Of a DNA stretch of 64,000 bases, positions 1 through 8,447 are shown piece after piece. Position 1 is the first letter of the stretch; each line of letters opens with the position of its first letter. The stretch comes from Solirubrobacteraceae bacterium. Its GTDB lineage: Bacteria > Actinomycetota > Thermoleophilia > Solirubrobacterales > Solirubrobacteraceae. The stretch lies in assembly GCA_036271815.1 (NCBI GenBank), contig DATAZX010000013.1:16545-80544 (forward strand), given 5' to 3'. Made by a program: the position numbers and the translations under genes. The notes beneath the pieces were generated by a model. The model made no database searches. It was not told the origin of the DNA and saw only the letters and a list, made by a program, of their open reading frames with translations.

Positions 1-566
1 TCGTGATGGGTGTACTCGACGTGGATGCCGAGCTGCTCGAGCGCGAGCACCGTCTCGCGGCGCACGTCGGAGCCCGCGTCGAGCGTCGTGAGGTCGAAGT
101 AGCCGCCGTTGTCGAGCACCTGCGGGGGGCTGTTGGAGTCGCGGAAGAGGAAGTACTCGAGCTCTGGACCGACGTTGAACGTGTCGAAGCCCATCCGCTC
201 GGCGCGCTTCAGCGCGCGGCGCAGCACGTGGCGCGGGTCGCCCTCGTACGGCGTGCGCTCGGGCGTCAGGACGTCGCAGAACAGCCGCGCGACCCCCTGC
301 TCCTCGGGGCGCCAGGGCAGGACCGCGAACGTCGAGGCGTCGGGCATCGCGATCATGTCGGACTCCTCGATCGCGTTGAAGCCCGTGATCGACGAACCGT
401 CGAAGCCCATGCCGTCCGTGAAGGCGGCGTCGAGCTCGCTGCGGTTGATCGAGAACGACTTCAGCTGACCGAGGATGTCGGTGAACCACAGCCGGATGAA
501 GCGGATGTCGCGTTCGGCGACGATGGCCTTGACGTCGTCGGGCGTTTGGGGGCGGTCGGCGGACAT
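1..566 (-). CDS. glnA: glutamine synthetase type I, N-terminal part (3' end runs off the window)
   Basis: Not in the supplied ORF track because it has no in-window stop. My minus-strand translation from the ATG (complement of 564-566) reads MSADRPQTPDDVKAIVAERDIRFIRLWFTDILGQLKSFSI...GMGFDGSSITGFNAIEESDMIAMPD...GPELEYFLF. That is the GS-I beta-grasp N-domain plus the start of the catalytic domain. The + ORF 3..896 is its shadow. Confidence 0.85.
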   Translation of the reverse strand, partial: MSADRPQTPDDVKAIVAERDIRFIRLWFTDILGQLKSFSINRSELDAAFTDGMGFDGSSITGFNAIEESDMIAMPDASTFAVLPWRPEEQGVARLFCDVLTPERTPYEGDPRHVLRRALKRAERMGFDTFNVGPELEYFLFRDSNSPPQVLDNGGYFDLTTLDAGSDVRRETVLALEQLGIHVEYTHH

Positions 567-579
567 GCGCGGGAGCCTA

Positions 580-617
580 GTGCAGCGATCGTTACGCCCA
601 GGTTTCGGCGCTCTTTC
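580..617 (-). promoter_or_regulatory. candidate GlnR-type operator array upstream of glnA
   Basis: The minus strand reads GAAAG-n6-GAAAC-n6-GTAAC-n6-TGCAC. It is followed directly by TAGGCT (a TANNNT -10-like hexamer, complement of 574-579), which ends 7 nt before the glnA ATG. The pentamer/6-nt spacing resembles the gTnAc-n6-GaAAc architecture described for actinobacterial GlnR boxes. Confidence 0.3.
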
Positions 618-693
618 GCTGTTGACGGCGCGGCGGGACGGCAGGGCGGCGGGCGCAGGTCGACGCCGCGGGCGCGCGCGACGACGGTGTCGC

Positions 694-830
694 GGTCAGC
701 GCGCTCGGCGGGCGTGTCAGGGGTCAGCGCTCGGCGGGCGTGGCGGGCGTGTCGGGGTCAACGCTCGGCGGGCGTGGCGGGCGTGTCGGGGTCAGCGCTC
801 GGCGGGCGTGTCGAGGTCAGCGCTCGGCGA
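694..830. repeat. five tandem imperfect copies (period 26-34 bp) of GGTCAGCGCTCGGCGGGCGTG
   Basis: Copies start near 694, 722, 756, 790 and 815. The last copy is the genuine 3' end (…AER-stop) of the HxlR gene at 817-1221. The other four keep the GAGCG(C/T)TGA (ER-stop) core. Confidence 0.85.
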
Positions 831-1221
831 GCCAGCGCCGCGCCCAGCGCTCGAGCTCGTAGACGGCCGGGGCGAGCTCACGCCCCATCTCGGTGAGCTC
901 GTACTCGACGCGCACCGGACGCCCCTGGTGCACGGTGCGGATGACGACGCCGCGCGACTCGAGCTCCTTCATGCGCTCGGACAGCAGACGATCCGACAGC
1001 TCGGGCACGGAATCGGCGATCTCGCCGAAGCGCAGCGTGGTGCGGTGGATCAGCACGCTGACGATCGCGCCCGTCCAGCGGCGCCCGATCAGCTCCACGG
1101 CCTCGTGGTACAGCGGACAGCAGGGCGGGTGCCCGTTCTTCGCAGCGCCGCCATCGCCGTGCGACGCCGGCGCGCGACCATGCGCGGCCGGCGGCTGCCG
1201 GCCGTCCTCGGCAGTCCGCAT
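817..1221 (-). CDS. HxlR-family winged-helix transcriptional regulator
   Basis: Contains CPLYHEAVELIGRRWTGAIVSVL...FGEI...SDRLLSERMKELESRGVV.R...VEYELTEMGREL, the typical HxlR/DUF24 signature. Shares an operon with the upstream AhpD-like gene. Confidence 0.85.
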   Translation of the reverse strand: MRTAEDGRQPPAAHGRAPASHGDGGAAKNGHPPCCPLYHEAVELIGRRWTGAIVSVLIHRTTLRFGEIADSVPELSDRLLSERMKELESRGVVIRTVHQGRPVRVEYELTEMGRELAPAVYELERWARRWLAER

Positions 1222-1227
1222 GCGGCG

Positions 1228-1791
1228 CTACGCGGCGCGCAGCGTCCGGGTGTCTTCGACGGACCCGTCGACGGGGACGTCGCCCGCGACGTTCACCATC
1301 GCCGTGAAGCGCTCGAGCGCCACGTACGCGATCGCCTCGAGGATCTGCTCGTCCGACCAGCCGGCCTCGCGTGCCTCCTCGTGCAGATGCATCGGCGGCG
1401 CGCCCGGGTTCTCGACGACGGCCTTCAGGTAGCGCAGCAGCGCGACCTGCTTCTCGTCGCCGGAGTTGAACTTGCGCGCGGCCGCGATCTCGTCGAGCGG
1501 CACGCCGGCCTGGCGAGCGGTGCGGTTGTGCATCGCGACGCCCGGCCGCGATCCGTGGTGCTCGGCGATCGCGAGCGAGATGCGCTCGAGCGTCGCGACG
1601 TCGAGGGCACCGCGGCGCAGCTCGGAGCGAAAGCGCGCGTAACCGCGCAGCGCCGCGGGCGATCCGGCCAGGGCACCGAGGAAGTTCGGCAGCTGGCCGC
1701 CGGTCGCGAGGGCTCCACGTAGCACGGGGACCGAGCCCTCGGGGGCCGTGAGGTCGTCGTGGATCTGGAATCTGCTCATCGGTGTCTTCAT
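1228..1791 (-). CDS. carboxymuconolactone decarboxylase / AhpD-like family protein
   Basis: 187-aa ORF with normal composition and the CMD/AhpD-like helical pattern (LERISLAIAEHHGSRPGVAMHNRTARQAGV...DEQILEAIAYVAL). Confidence 0.75.
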   Translation of the reverse strand: MKTPMSRFQIHDDLTAPEGSVPVLRGALATGGQLPNFLGALAGSPAALRGYARFRSELRRGALDVATLERISLAIAEHHGSRPGVAMHNRTARQAGVPLDEIAAARKFNSGDEKQVALLRYLKAVVENPGAPPMHLHEEAREAGWSDEQILEAIAYVALERFTAMVNVAGDVPVDGSVEDTRTLRAA

Positions 1792-1857
1792 GGGTGGCCT
1801 TCTGGGGGTGAGGTGGGGATCGGCGTCCGTGCCGGCTGCTCTACTCGGGGTTCGTTC

Positions 1858-1872
1858 CTTACTTGAGGTAAG
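1858..1872. promoter_or_regulatory. palindrome CTTAC-N5-GTAAG in the AT-richer upstream region of the AhpD-like/HxlR operon (candidate operator)
   Basis: Seen directly as ccTTACttgagGTAAgtgtaag. It sits 67-81 nt upstream of the 1791 start, in the only AT-enriched patch of this intergenic region. Confidence 0.3.
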
Positions 1873-2164
1873 TGTAAGCCCCTGCCCGGACTCATTGCAA
1901 GGGCACCCGATGACTTCTACGCGCCGCGCCTAACGCGTGGCTCATCAAGACGTGACGGATTTGCAAAGGCTTCCCGCGCCGCGAGGCTTCTATCCGTTCT
2001 GGCGCGTAGCCGCTCGTCACGGCGTTTGGCAGCGGTGGGTCGGTGGCGGGAGCGGCCGGTCGCGCGGCGTCGCGTCCGACGCGACGAGTCAGCGGCCGGC
2101 CGCGGCGGGACGCGGCGGGACGCGGCGTCTCGACGCCGCGGGTCAGGGGCGAGAGCGCACGGTC

Positions 2165-2300
2165 GAGCGGGCGCGACGAGGCCGCGAGTGGACGGCCGGG
2201 AAGCGGAGCGGGCGCAACGGGCCGCGGGTCGACGGCCGGCGGAATGGGCGCGACGGGGCCGCGGGTGGACGGCGGGACGGAGCGGGTGCGGGGCGGACCT
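2165..2300. repeat. about 4 imperfect tandem G-rich repeats (period ~41 bp), GAGCGGGCGCGACGrGGCCGCGrGTsGACGGCCGG
   Basis: Units at 2165-2200, 2206-2242, 2246-2280 and a partial one from 2280. They lie in a 550-bp non-coding gap that also holds shorter GACGCGGCGG repeats (2095-2125). Confidence 0.6.
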
Positions 2301-2347
2301 CGACGCCGCGAGTCAGCGACGGTGGCGCGGCCGGCCGGGCGGACGAT

Positions 2348-2886
2348 TCAGAACGGCGTGAGGGAGATGACCGCGGGTGCGTCGGCCGTGCCGATCGCCA
2401 CGAGGATCAGGATCAGGCCCATCAGCAGCGCCCACATCGCGACGCGGTCGGGACGTGCGCCGACGCGCTCGATCGGGCGGCGTGCCGGGCGGCGGCGCTC
2501 CAGATCGACCACGCGCGGGACGGCCGGCGCGGGAACGGTGTGGCCGCGCAGCTCGATCGTCGCGCGGCCGGGCGTGCCGCTGCCCTTCATACGGGGACGC
2601 CGCGGCTCGATCGGATGCTCGGCGTCGTGACGCGGGTGGGTATCCGCATGCTGGCCGCGGCGCGGAGCGAGCGCGGGCTCGGGCGCACGCCGGGGCGGGC
2701 CGCTCTCGCTGTGCAGGGGACCGCTCACACGGCGCATCTCGGCCTCGACATGACGACGCTCGCGGGTCGCCCGGCGCGTCGCCAAATCGGCCTCGTCGGC
2801 GCGACGGCGTGCTTCGTCCGTGCGCTCGTAGTCGTCACGCAGATGCTGGACATCGGCCCACCAAGCGCGGGCCTCCGAATGTGCCA
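2348..2886 (-). CDS. hypothetical protein with a C-terminal transmembrane anchor
   Basis: Reading from the internal ATG (MAHSEARAWWADVQHLRDDYERTDEARRR...) to the C-terminal hydrophobic helix VAMWALLMGLILILVAIG. The upstream extension of ORF 2348..3049 looks non-coding. Confidence 0.5.
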
Positions 2887-3352
2887 TGTGGTGTGGTCCT
2901 CTTTCGATGAGGCCTACGGGGTTAGCTGACGGGCTCGCGCTTGAAAGAGCAGCGCTACATCCGGCGGGCCGGACGATTCGCCCCAACGTGTGGTTCCCCC
3001 GCTCCCGGTGCCTTCCGAACCCCGGGACTCGGCGATCTGACGGCGCCATCGTACCAGCGATGGATTTCCCTGCATATGCGCAGTGTTATGGAGACGTCGG
3101 ACGGAAACGCCGCAGTTTGCGGGTTCGACGGCGTGCTCGTCGGCGCTGCGGGGTGCGATCGGCGCGTGCGACGCCGTGGCGGCGCGCCGGGATCTCCGGG
3201 CGAGAGGGTGCCCGCCCGGCCACGCGGCGTGGCCCGGTCGGGCGGTCCTCCGGCGGGCTGTGGGCCTCGAGCGCTGGACGTTCGATCCCTCAGAGACCGC
3301 GCGGGGGCTGGTTGGGGAGCTGGCGAAGCCATCCGACCTATGCTCCGCGGAT

Positions 3353-3793
3353 ATGACGATTCTGCGGATGGACAACGTTCTCGTCGTCGTCGACGACCTC
3401 GAGGCCGCCAAAGCGTTCTTCGCCGAGCTCGGTATGGAGCTGGAAGGCGAGGCGCCGGTCGAGGGGCGTTGGGTGGACCGCGTCGTCGGGCTCGACGACG
3501 TCCGTGCCGACATCGCCATGATGCGGACCCCGGACGGCCACAGCCGGCTCGAGCTGACGAAGTTCCACACGCCGCCGGCGGTCAGAGCCGAGCCGGAGAG
3601 CGCGCCGGCGAACGCCCTGGGCATACGCCGCATCATGTTCGCCGTCGACGACATCGACGACGTCGTTGCCCGCCTGCGCAGCCACGGTGCCGAACTCGTC
3701 GGCGAGATCGCGCAGTACGAGGACGTCTACCGGCTCTGCTTCCTGCGTGGCCCTGAGGGCATCATCATCGGATTGGCCGAGCAGCTCAGCTGA
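3353..3793 (+). CDS. VOC / glyoxalase-bleomycin-resistance family protein
   Basis: MTILRMDNVLVVVDDLEAAKAFFAELGMELEGE...IRRIMFAVDDIDDVVARLRSHGAELVGEI, the paired beta-alpha-beta-beta-beta VOC pattern. The start is set at the in-frame ATG at 3353. Confidence 0.8.
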   Translation: MTILRMDNVLVVVDDLEAAKAFFAELGMELEGEAPVEGRWVDRVVGLDDVRADIAMMRTPDGHSRLELTKFHTPPAVRAEPESAPANALGIRRIMFAVDDIDDVVARLRSHGAELVGEIAQYEDVYRLCFLRGPEGIIIGLAEQLS

Positions 3794-4029
3794 GACCTCC
3801 ATGGGTGCGGCCGGGGGCGGCTCCGGACGGTACTGGCATCGCCGCTCGGTGGCTGTGAGGCGGTCCGCCCGCACCAGCGCCATCTCCACGGACCTCGCGG
3901 CCGGTGTGCAGAGCGCCGCGCCACATCTCCTAGTAGCGGGCCATATCGCACAACCAACTCGCCGGCACCTGCGACCGCAGCCTCGTCGCCACGACCCCTG
4001 ACGAACCCACCTGGGTTCGGAAGCGAGCG

Positions 4030-4509
4030 CTAGCGGCCGGCGACGTCGGCGAGGTAGGTCGCGACCTTGCGCGCGTCCCCCGCCTCGAGCAGCTCGGCCG
4101 GCATCTGGCCCTGGCCCGCGCGACCCAGCTTGATCGCGTTGAGGGTCAGCGCGACCGGCGGCTGCAGCACGTCGAGGTCGGGGCCGACCTTGCCGACGGC
4201 GTTCGCGTCGGCGAGGGTGTGGCAGGTCGCGCACTTCTGCGAGAAGAGCACGCGGCCCTGCTCCTCGGTCTTCGTGAGCGTCGTGCCACCCGGTCCGGCG
4301 GAGGCGTCGCCATTGGTCATGACGAGGATGGGAACGGCGATGCCGAACAGGGCGACGAGCCCGGCGAGCCCGAACTCGGACGCGCGCAGCGGCCGGCGAC
4401 GCCCGACCTCGAGCGTGTCGCGGACGCCGCGAGGCCCGCCGCGCATCGCGACGAGGACCACGCTGAGCCCGAGGATGATGAAGAACCCGAGGAAGAGTGC
4501 AGCAGCCAT
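4030..4509 (-). CDS. membrane-anchored class I c-type cytochrome
   Basis: Two N-terminal hydrophobic helices, then the CATCH haem-binding motif (CxxCH) and a distal Met (GQMP). Confidence 0.8.
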   Translation of the reverse strand: MAAALFLGFFIILGLSVVLVAMRGGPRGVRDTLEVGRRRPLRASEFGLAGLVALFGIAVPILVMTNGDASAGPGGTTLTKTEEQGRVLFSQKCATCHTLADANAVGKVGPDLDVLQPPVALTLNAIKLGRAGQGQMPAELLEAGDARKVATYLADVAGR

Positions 4510-4634
4510 GCGGCGCGCAATCTACTTCACGGCGTCGGACGGTGACGCCGTGAATCGCATGAGCGCCGTAAATCTCGTCGATGGCGCATACGCGCGAGCG
4601 CACGCGGATGCTCCTCGCGGCAGCCCGATCGCCC

Positions 4635-7600
4635 TCACCGGCGCCTCCCCGCGGCGAAGCTCTGGACCGCGGGCGCGACGGCGCGGAAGTCGTCGGTTCC
4701 GGTCGCGGCGACCTCGACCTCGGCCTGGCGGGCGAGCTCGGCGAGGTCCAGCGGGGAGATGTCCTTGACCTCGGTCGCGATGCGATCGGGGACCTCGAGC
4801 CGCAGCACGCGCCGCGCGAGCAGGTTGATCGCACCGCCCGCCGAGGCGTGGCGCTCGAGCCGGCCCTCGACGAGCAGCAGCGGCTCCGTGCGCACCGCGA
4901 GGCGATCGCGCTCGTAGACCTGCGGCGAGACGACGACGTTGATCGTGCCGTGCTCGTCCTCGAGCAGCAGGAAGAGGATCCCCTTCGCCGTCCCGGGGCG
5001 CTGGCGCGCGACGACGAGCCCGCCGACGCGCACCTCGGCGCCGTGCGGCAGGCGGGCGAGCGCGTCGATCCCGACCGCGCGGTTGGCGCGCAGCCGCTCG
5101 CGCAGCAGCTCGATCGGGTGCGCCGCCGCGGTCAGCCCGGTGGTGGCGTAGTCGGCGATCATCGCCTCCCACGCCGGCAGCGGCTCGAGCCTGGGCGGCG
5201 CCGGCAGGTCGAGCCCGAGCGAGAGCTGCACGCCGACGGTCCGGATCTCCGTCGAGGGCTTGGCCGCGCGAGCATCGGATCCGGGGGCCGCTCGGGCACG
5301 CGCACCTCGTGCGGCCGTCCGCGTGCGGATCTGGATCCCCGGCGCGGCGACCCCGAGCCGCCACAGCGCGACCCGGCGATCGCCGCCGGCAAGCGCGTCG
5401 CAGGCGCCCGACCAGGCGAGGCGCTCGAGCGCGGAGCGTCCCGCGCCCGCACGCGAGGCGAGATCCTCGAGCGAGGCGAACGGCCCGCCGGCCTCGCGGG
5501 CCTCGACGAGCGCGGCGATCTCGCCCGCGCGCACGCCGGCGACATACCCGAGACCGATCCGGACCGCCCCGTCTGCCGTCACCGTGCAGCCGGCGGCGCT
5601 CGCGTTGACGTCGGGGGCGAAGACCTCGATCCCCCGCCGTTGCGCCTCGTGGACCAGCGCGTCGGGCGGATAGAAGCCCATCGGCTGCTCGTCGAGCAGC
5701 GAGCAGAGGAACTCCGGCCCATAGTGCACGCGCAGCCAGGTCGACTGGTAGGCCAGCAGGCCGAAGGCCACGCCGTGGGCCTTCGGGAAGCCGAAGCCCG
5801 AGAAGCCCGAGACCATCTCGAAGACGCGCTCGGCAAGCTCGTCGGTGACGTCTGCGTGCTTCGCCTTCGCCCCTTCGACGAAGCCGCGATGGTGCGCCTC
5901 GATCGCCTCCTCCGAGCGCTTGCGGCTCATCGCCCGGCGTAGATCCTCGGCATCCCCCGCGCTGAAGCCGGCGAACGCCTGTGCGACCTCCAGCACCTGA
6001 TCCTGGAAGATGATCGTGCCGAGCGTGACCTCCAGCGGCTCCTTCAGCGACGGGTGCAGGTAGGGCACCTGGAACGACGGATCGGCGTTCAGCTTCTGGC
6101 GGTTCTCGATGTAGGGGTTGACGGCGCCGCCGACGATCGGCCCCGGCCGCACGATCGCGACCTGGATCGTGATCTCCTCGAGGTTCTTCGGGCGCGTGCG
6201 CCGCAGCGAGCCCATCTGCGCGCGCGACTCGATCTGGAAGACGCCGGTCGTCTCGGCGTTCTGGATGCACTCGTAGGTCGCGGGGTCCTCGAACGAGATC
6301 CGCGACAGGTCGATGCGCTCGCCGCGCCGCTGCGCGACGTGGTCGATGCAGCGCTCCACGGCGCTCAGCATCCCCAGGCCGAGCAGGTCGATCTTCAGGA
6401 AGCCCGCGTCCGCGCAGGAGTCCTTGTCCCACTGCGCGAGCTGGCGGCCCTCCATCGCGGCCGGTACGAGCGGGACGCAGTCGACGAGCGGCCGGGTCGC
6501 GACGATCATCCCGCCGGAGTGCTGGGAGAGATGGCGCGGCAGGCCCTGCGCCTCGGCGGCCAGACGGGCGAGCCACGCCCAGCGACCGGTGCGCCTTCCG
6601 GGACCGAGCGCCGCGTCGATGTCGCGGTCGACGTCGCCCGTCGACCAGCCCTCGCTGCCGCGCGCGACGCGCTCGATCTCGCCCGGCGGCAGGCCGAGCG
6701 CCTTGCCGAGCTCGCGAATCGCCCCGCGGGCGCGGTAGGTCGGGAAGGCGGCCACGAGCGCGGAGCGCTCGATGCCGTATTCCTCGTGGACGCGCGGGAT
6801 CAGCTTCTCGCGGATCTCGCGCGGGAAGTCGAGGTCGATGTCGGGCAGCGCCGTGAGGTCCTCGCTGAGGAAGCGCCCGAGCAGCAGCTTGTTGGCGATC
6901 GGGTCGACGTGGCTGAGGCCCGTGAGGTGGCAGACGATCGACGAGACGCTCGACCCGCGCCCGCGGCCCGGCGGCAGCAGCGCCCGCGCGCTGTCCGGGC
7001 CACGCACCTGCACGGCGATCTCGCGCGCGAGCTCGAGGATCTCGCGATGCAGGACGAAGAACCCCGCGAGGCCGAGCGAGCCGATCACGCGCAGCTCCGC
7101 CTCGAGACGAGCCGTCGCCTCGGCTCGGTGCTCGGACCCCTTCCCCGTCAGGGGATAGCGCTCGTCGAAGCGCGCGCGGCAGATCTCGGCGAGCTCGCGG
7201 TCGGAACCGGCGTCGTCGGCGCCGGGGTAGCGATAGCCGAGGTCCGTCGTGAGGTCGAAGGTCAGTCGCTGCGCGAGCGCCTGCGTCTCGGCGATCGCCT
7301 CTGGGTGATCGCAGAAGCGCGCGGCCATCGCCTGTGGGGTGCAGAGCACGTGCGCGTGGTTGCCGCGGCGCAGCGGCTCGGAGGCGTCGAGCGTCGCGTG
7401 CTCGCGGATCGCGACGAGCGCGTCCTGCAGCAGCGCGCGCTCGGCGGTGTGGGCATGGACGTTGCCGGTCGCGACGGTCGTGACCCCGAGCCGCGCGGCG
7501 AGCGCGGACAGCGCGCGGTTCAGCGCGCGGTCGTGGCGGGCGAGCGGGCGCTGCAGCTCGACGCGGAGGTCGTCGCGACCGAAGACGCCGAGCAGGCGGC

Positions 7601-8024
7601 GCATCGTCGGCTCGTCGCGCACGCCACGGGCCGCACAGCCGCTGAGGCAGATGAGGCCGTCGCGGTGACGCTCGACGTCGTCGAGCGAGACCGAGGGCTC
7701 CGTGCGGTCGCGCTGCGGCCCCTCGCGCGTGTGCGCGTGGGCCTTCGTCACGAGCCGGCAGAGGTTGCGCCAGCCGGTGTCGTCGCGAACGAGCAGCGTG
7801 ATGTGGCGGGCGTCGTCGAGCGTCACCTCCGCCCCGTGGATCGCGCGCAGGCCGAGCGACCTCGCCGCCTGCGCGAACTCCATCGATCCCGACAGCGAAT
7901 CGTGATCGGTGAGCGCCATCGCGCCGTGCCCCAGGCGCAGCGCCGCCGCGACGAGCTCCTCGGGCTGGGAGGCGCCGTCCAGGAAGGAGTAGGCGGAGTG
8001 GGCGTGCAGCTCGACGTACGACAT
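4635..8024 (-). CDS. dnaE2: error-prone DNA polymerase III alpha subunit (DnaE2-type)
   Basis: PHP domain start MSYVELHAHSAYSFLDGAS, polymerase core (GVFQIESRAQM, PGPI) and an OB fold, about 1129 aa. An SOS box lies directly upstream. The start is set at the ATG at 8024, not the 22-codon upstream extension. Confidence 0.85.
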   Translation of the reverse strand: MSYVELHAHSAYSFLDGASQPEELVAAALRLGHGAMALTDHDSLSGSMEFAQAARSLGLRAIHGAEVTLDDARHITLLVRDDTGWRNLCRLVTKAHAHTREGPQRDRTEPSVSLDDVERHRDGLICLSGCAARGVRDEPTMRRLLGVFGRDDLRVELQRPLARHDRALNRALSALAARLGVTTVATGNVHAHTAERALLQDALVAIREHATLDASEPLRRGNHAHVLCTPQAMAARFCDHPEAIAETQALAQRLTFDLTTDLGYRYPGADDAGSDRELAEICRARFDERYPLTGKGSEHRAEATARLEAELRVIGSLGLAGFFVLHREILELAREIAVQVRGPDSARALLPPGRGRGSSVSSIVCHLTGLSHVDPIANKLLLGRFLSEDLTALPDIDLDFPREIREKLIPRVHEEYGIERSALVAAFPTYRARGAIRELGKALGLPPGEIERVARGSEGWSTGDVDRDIDAALGPGRRTGRWAWLARLAAEAQGLPRHLSQHSGGMIVATRPLVDCVPLVPAAMEGRQLAQWDKDSCADAGFLKIDLLGLGMLSAVERCIDHVAQRRGERIDLSRISFEDPATYECIQNAETTGVFQIESRAQMGSLRRTRPKNLEEITIQVAIVRPGPIVGGAVNPYIENRQKLNADPSFQVPYLHPSLKEPLEVTLGTIIFQDQVLEVAQAFAGFSAGDAEDLRRAMSRKRSEEAIEAHHRGFVEGAKAKHADVTDELAERVFEMVSGFSGFGFPKAHGVAFGLLAYQSTWLRVHYGPEFLCSLLDEQPMGFYPPDALVHEAQRRGIEVFAPDVNASAAGCTVTADGAVRIGLGYVAGVRAGEIAALVEAREAGGPFASLEDLASRAGAGRSALERLAWSGACDALAGGDRRVALWRLGVAAPGIQIRTRTAARGARARAAPGSDARAAKPSTEIRTVGVQLSLGLDLPAPPRLEPLPAWEAMIADYATTGLTAAAHPIELLRERLRANRAVGIDALARLPHGAEVRVGGLVVARQRPGTAKGILFLLLEDEHGTINVVVSPQVYERDRLAVRTEPLLLVEGRLERHASAGGAINLLARRVLRLEVPDRIATEVKDISPLDLAELARQAEVEVAATGTDDFRAVAPAVQSFAAGRRR

Positions 8025-8025
8025 G

Positions 8026-8039
8026 CGAACAGATGTTCG
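8026..8039. promoter_or_regulatory. LexA (SOS) box CGAAC-AGAT-GTTCG
   Basis: Perfect palindrome matching the actinobacterial / Gram-positive SOS consensus (CGAAC-N4-GTTCG). It lies 1 nt upstream of the dnaE2 start codon. Confidence 0.65.
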
Positions 8040-8046
8040 CAGAGCG

Positions 8047-8061
8047 CCCGGATAAACCGGG
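8047..8061. terminator. stem-loop CCCGG-ATAAA-CCGGG (probable tRNA-Gln trailer hairpin; likely intron target motif)
   Basis: A 5-bp stem with a 5-nt loop, seen directly. It lies 5 nt upstream of the inferred intron 5' end on the + strand. Confidence 0.4.
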
Positions 8062-8447
8062 ATGGAGTGAGGAATGAGAGAGTCCGACATCGAAGGAGTA
8101 GCGATCCACGGTGGCCCCGAGTCATGCGTTGGCGTTCGTGAGGGCGTCGGCGAAGCGTTGACAGGGGTACACGTAGGCTGGGCTATTGAGCCGCGAAATC
8201 CATGGTTCCGGGGTGCCGACGTCGTTGCGAAAGGCGGAAGGCAACATCGGCGACAGCGCTATCGCGAGCTGTCGTCGGACCCTGCGCGGTCAGTGAACCT
8301 GTGCATGCGTGGAAGCTCCATCCGCGAGAACGGGGAGGTCCCGTGGTTGCTCGTGCCGGTCGATGATGCCCCGCCCTTGATGGTTCGCGGGGTGGCAGGT
8401 CGGCTGGTGGCGGGCCGCGGGGGGAACGCCAAGGCGGTAAGCCCCCG

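Noticed and set aside
694-830. Regularly spaced direct repeats considered as a possible mini-CRISPR array
   Set aside because: The units are contiguous or overlapping, with no unique spacers of comparable length. The period is irregular (26-34 bp), and the repeat is simply the 3' end of the adjacent gene. No cas genes are present.
2887-3352. 465-bp divergent non-coding region with AT-richer patches, inspected for a riboswitch or other known RNA
   Set aside because: I saw no recognisable conserved riboswitch core such as TPP, SAM, glycine, cobalamin or ydaO-like motifs. It probably just holds two divergent promoters.
4522-8109. 1195-aa ORF on the minus strand (another frame) and several 100-700-aa + strand ORFs overlapping dnaE2
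   Set aside because: Extreme Arg/Ala/Pro/Gly composition with no motifs, typical of shadow frames in GC-rich DNA. The 4635..8090 frame carries clear DnaE2 motifs.
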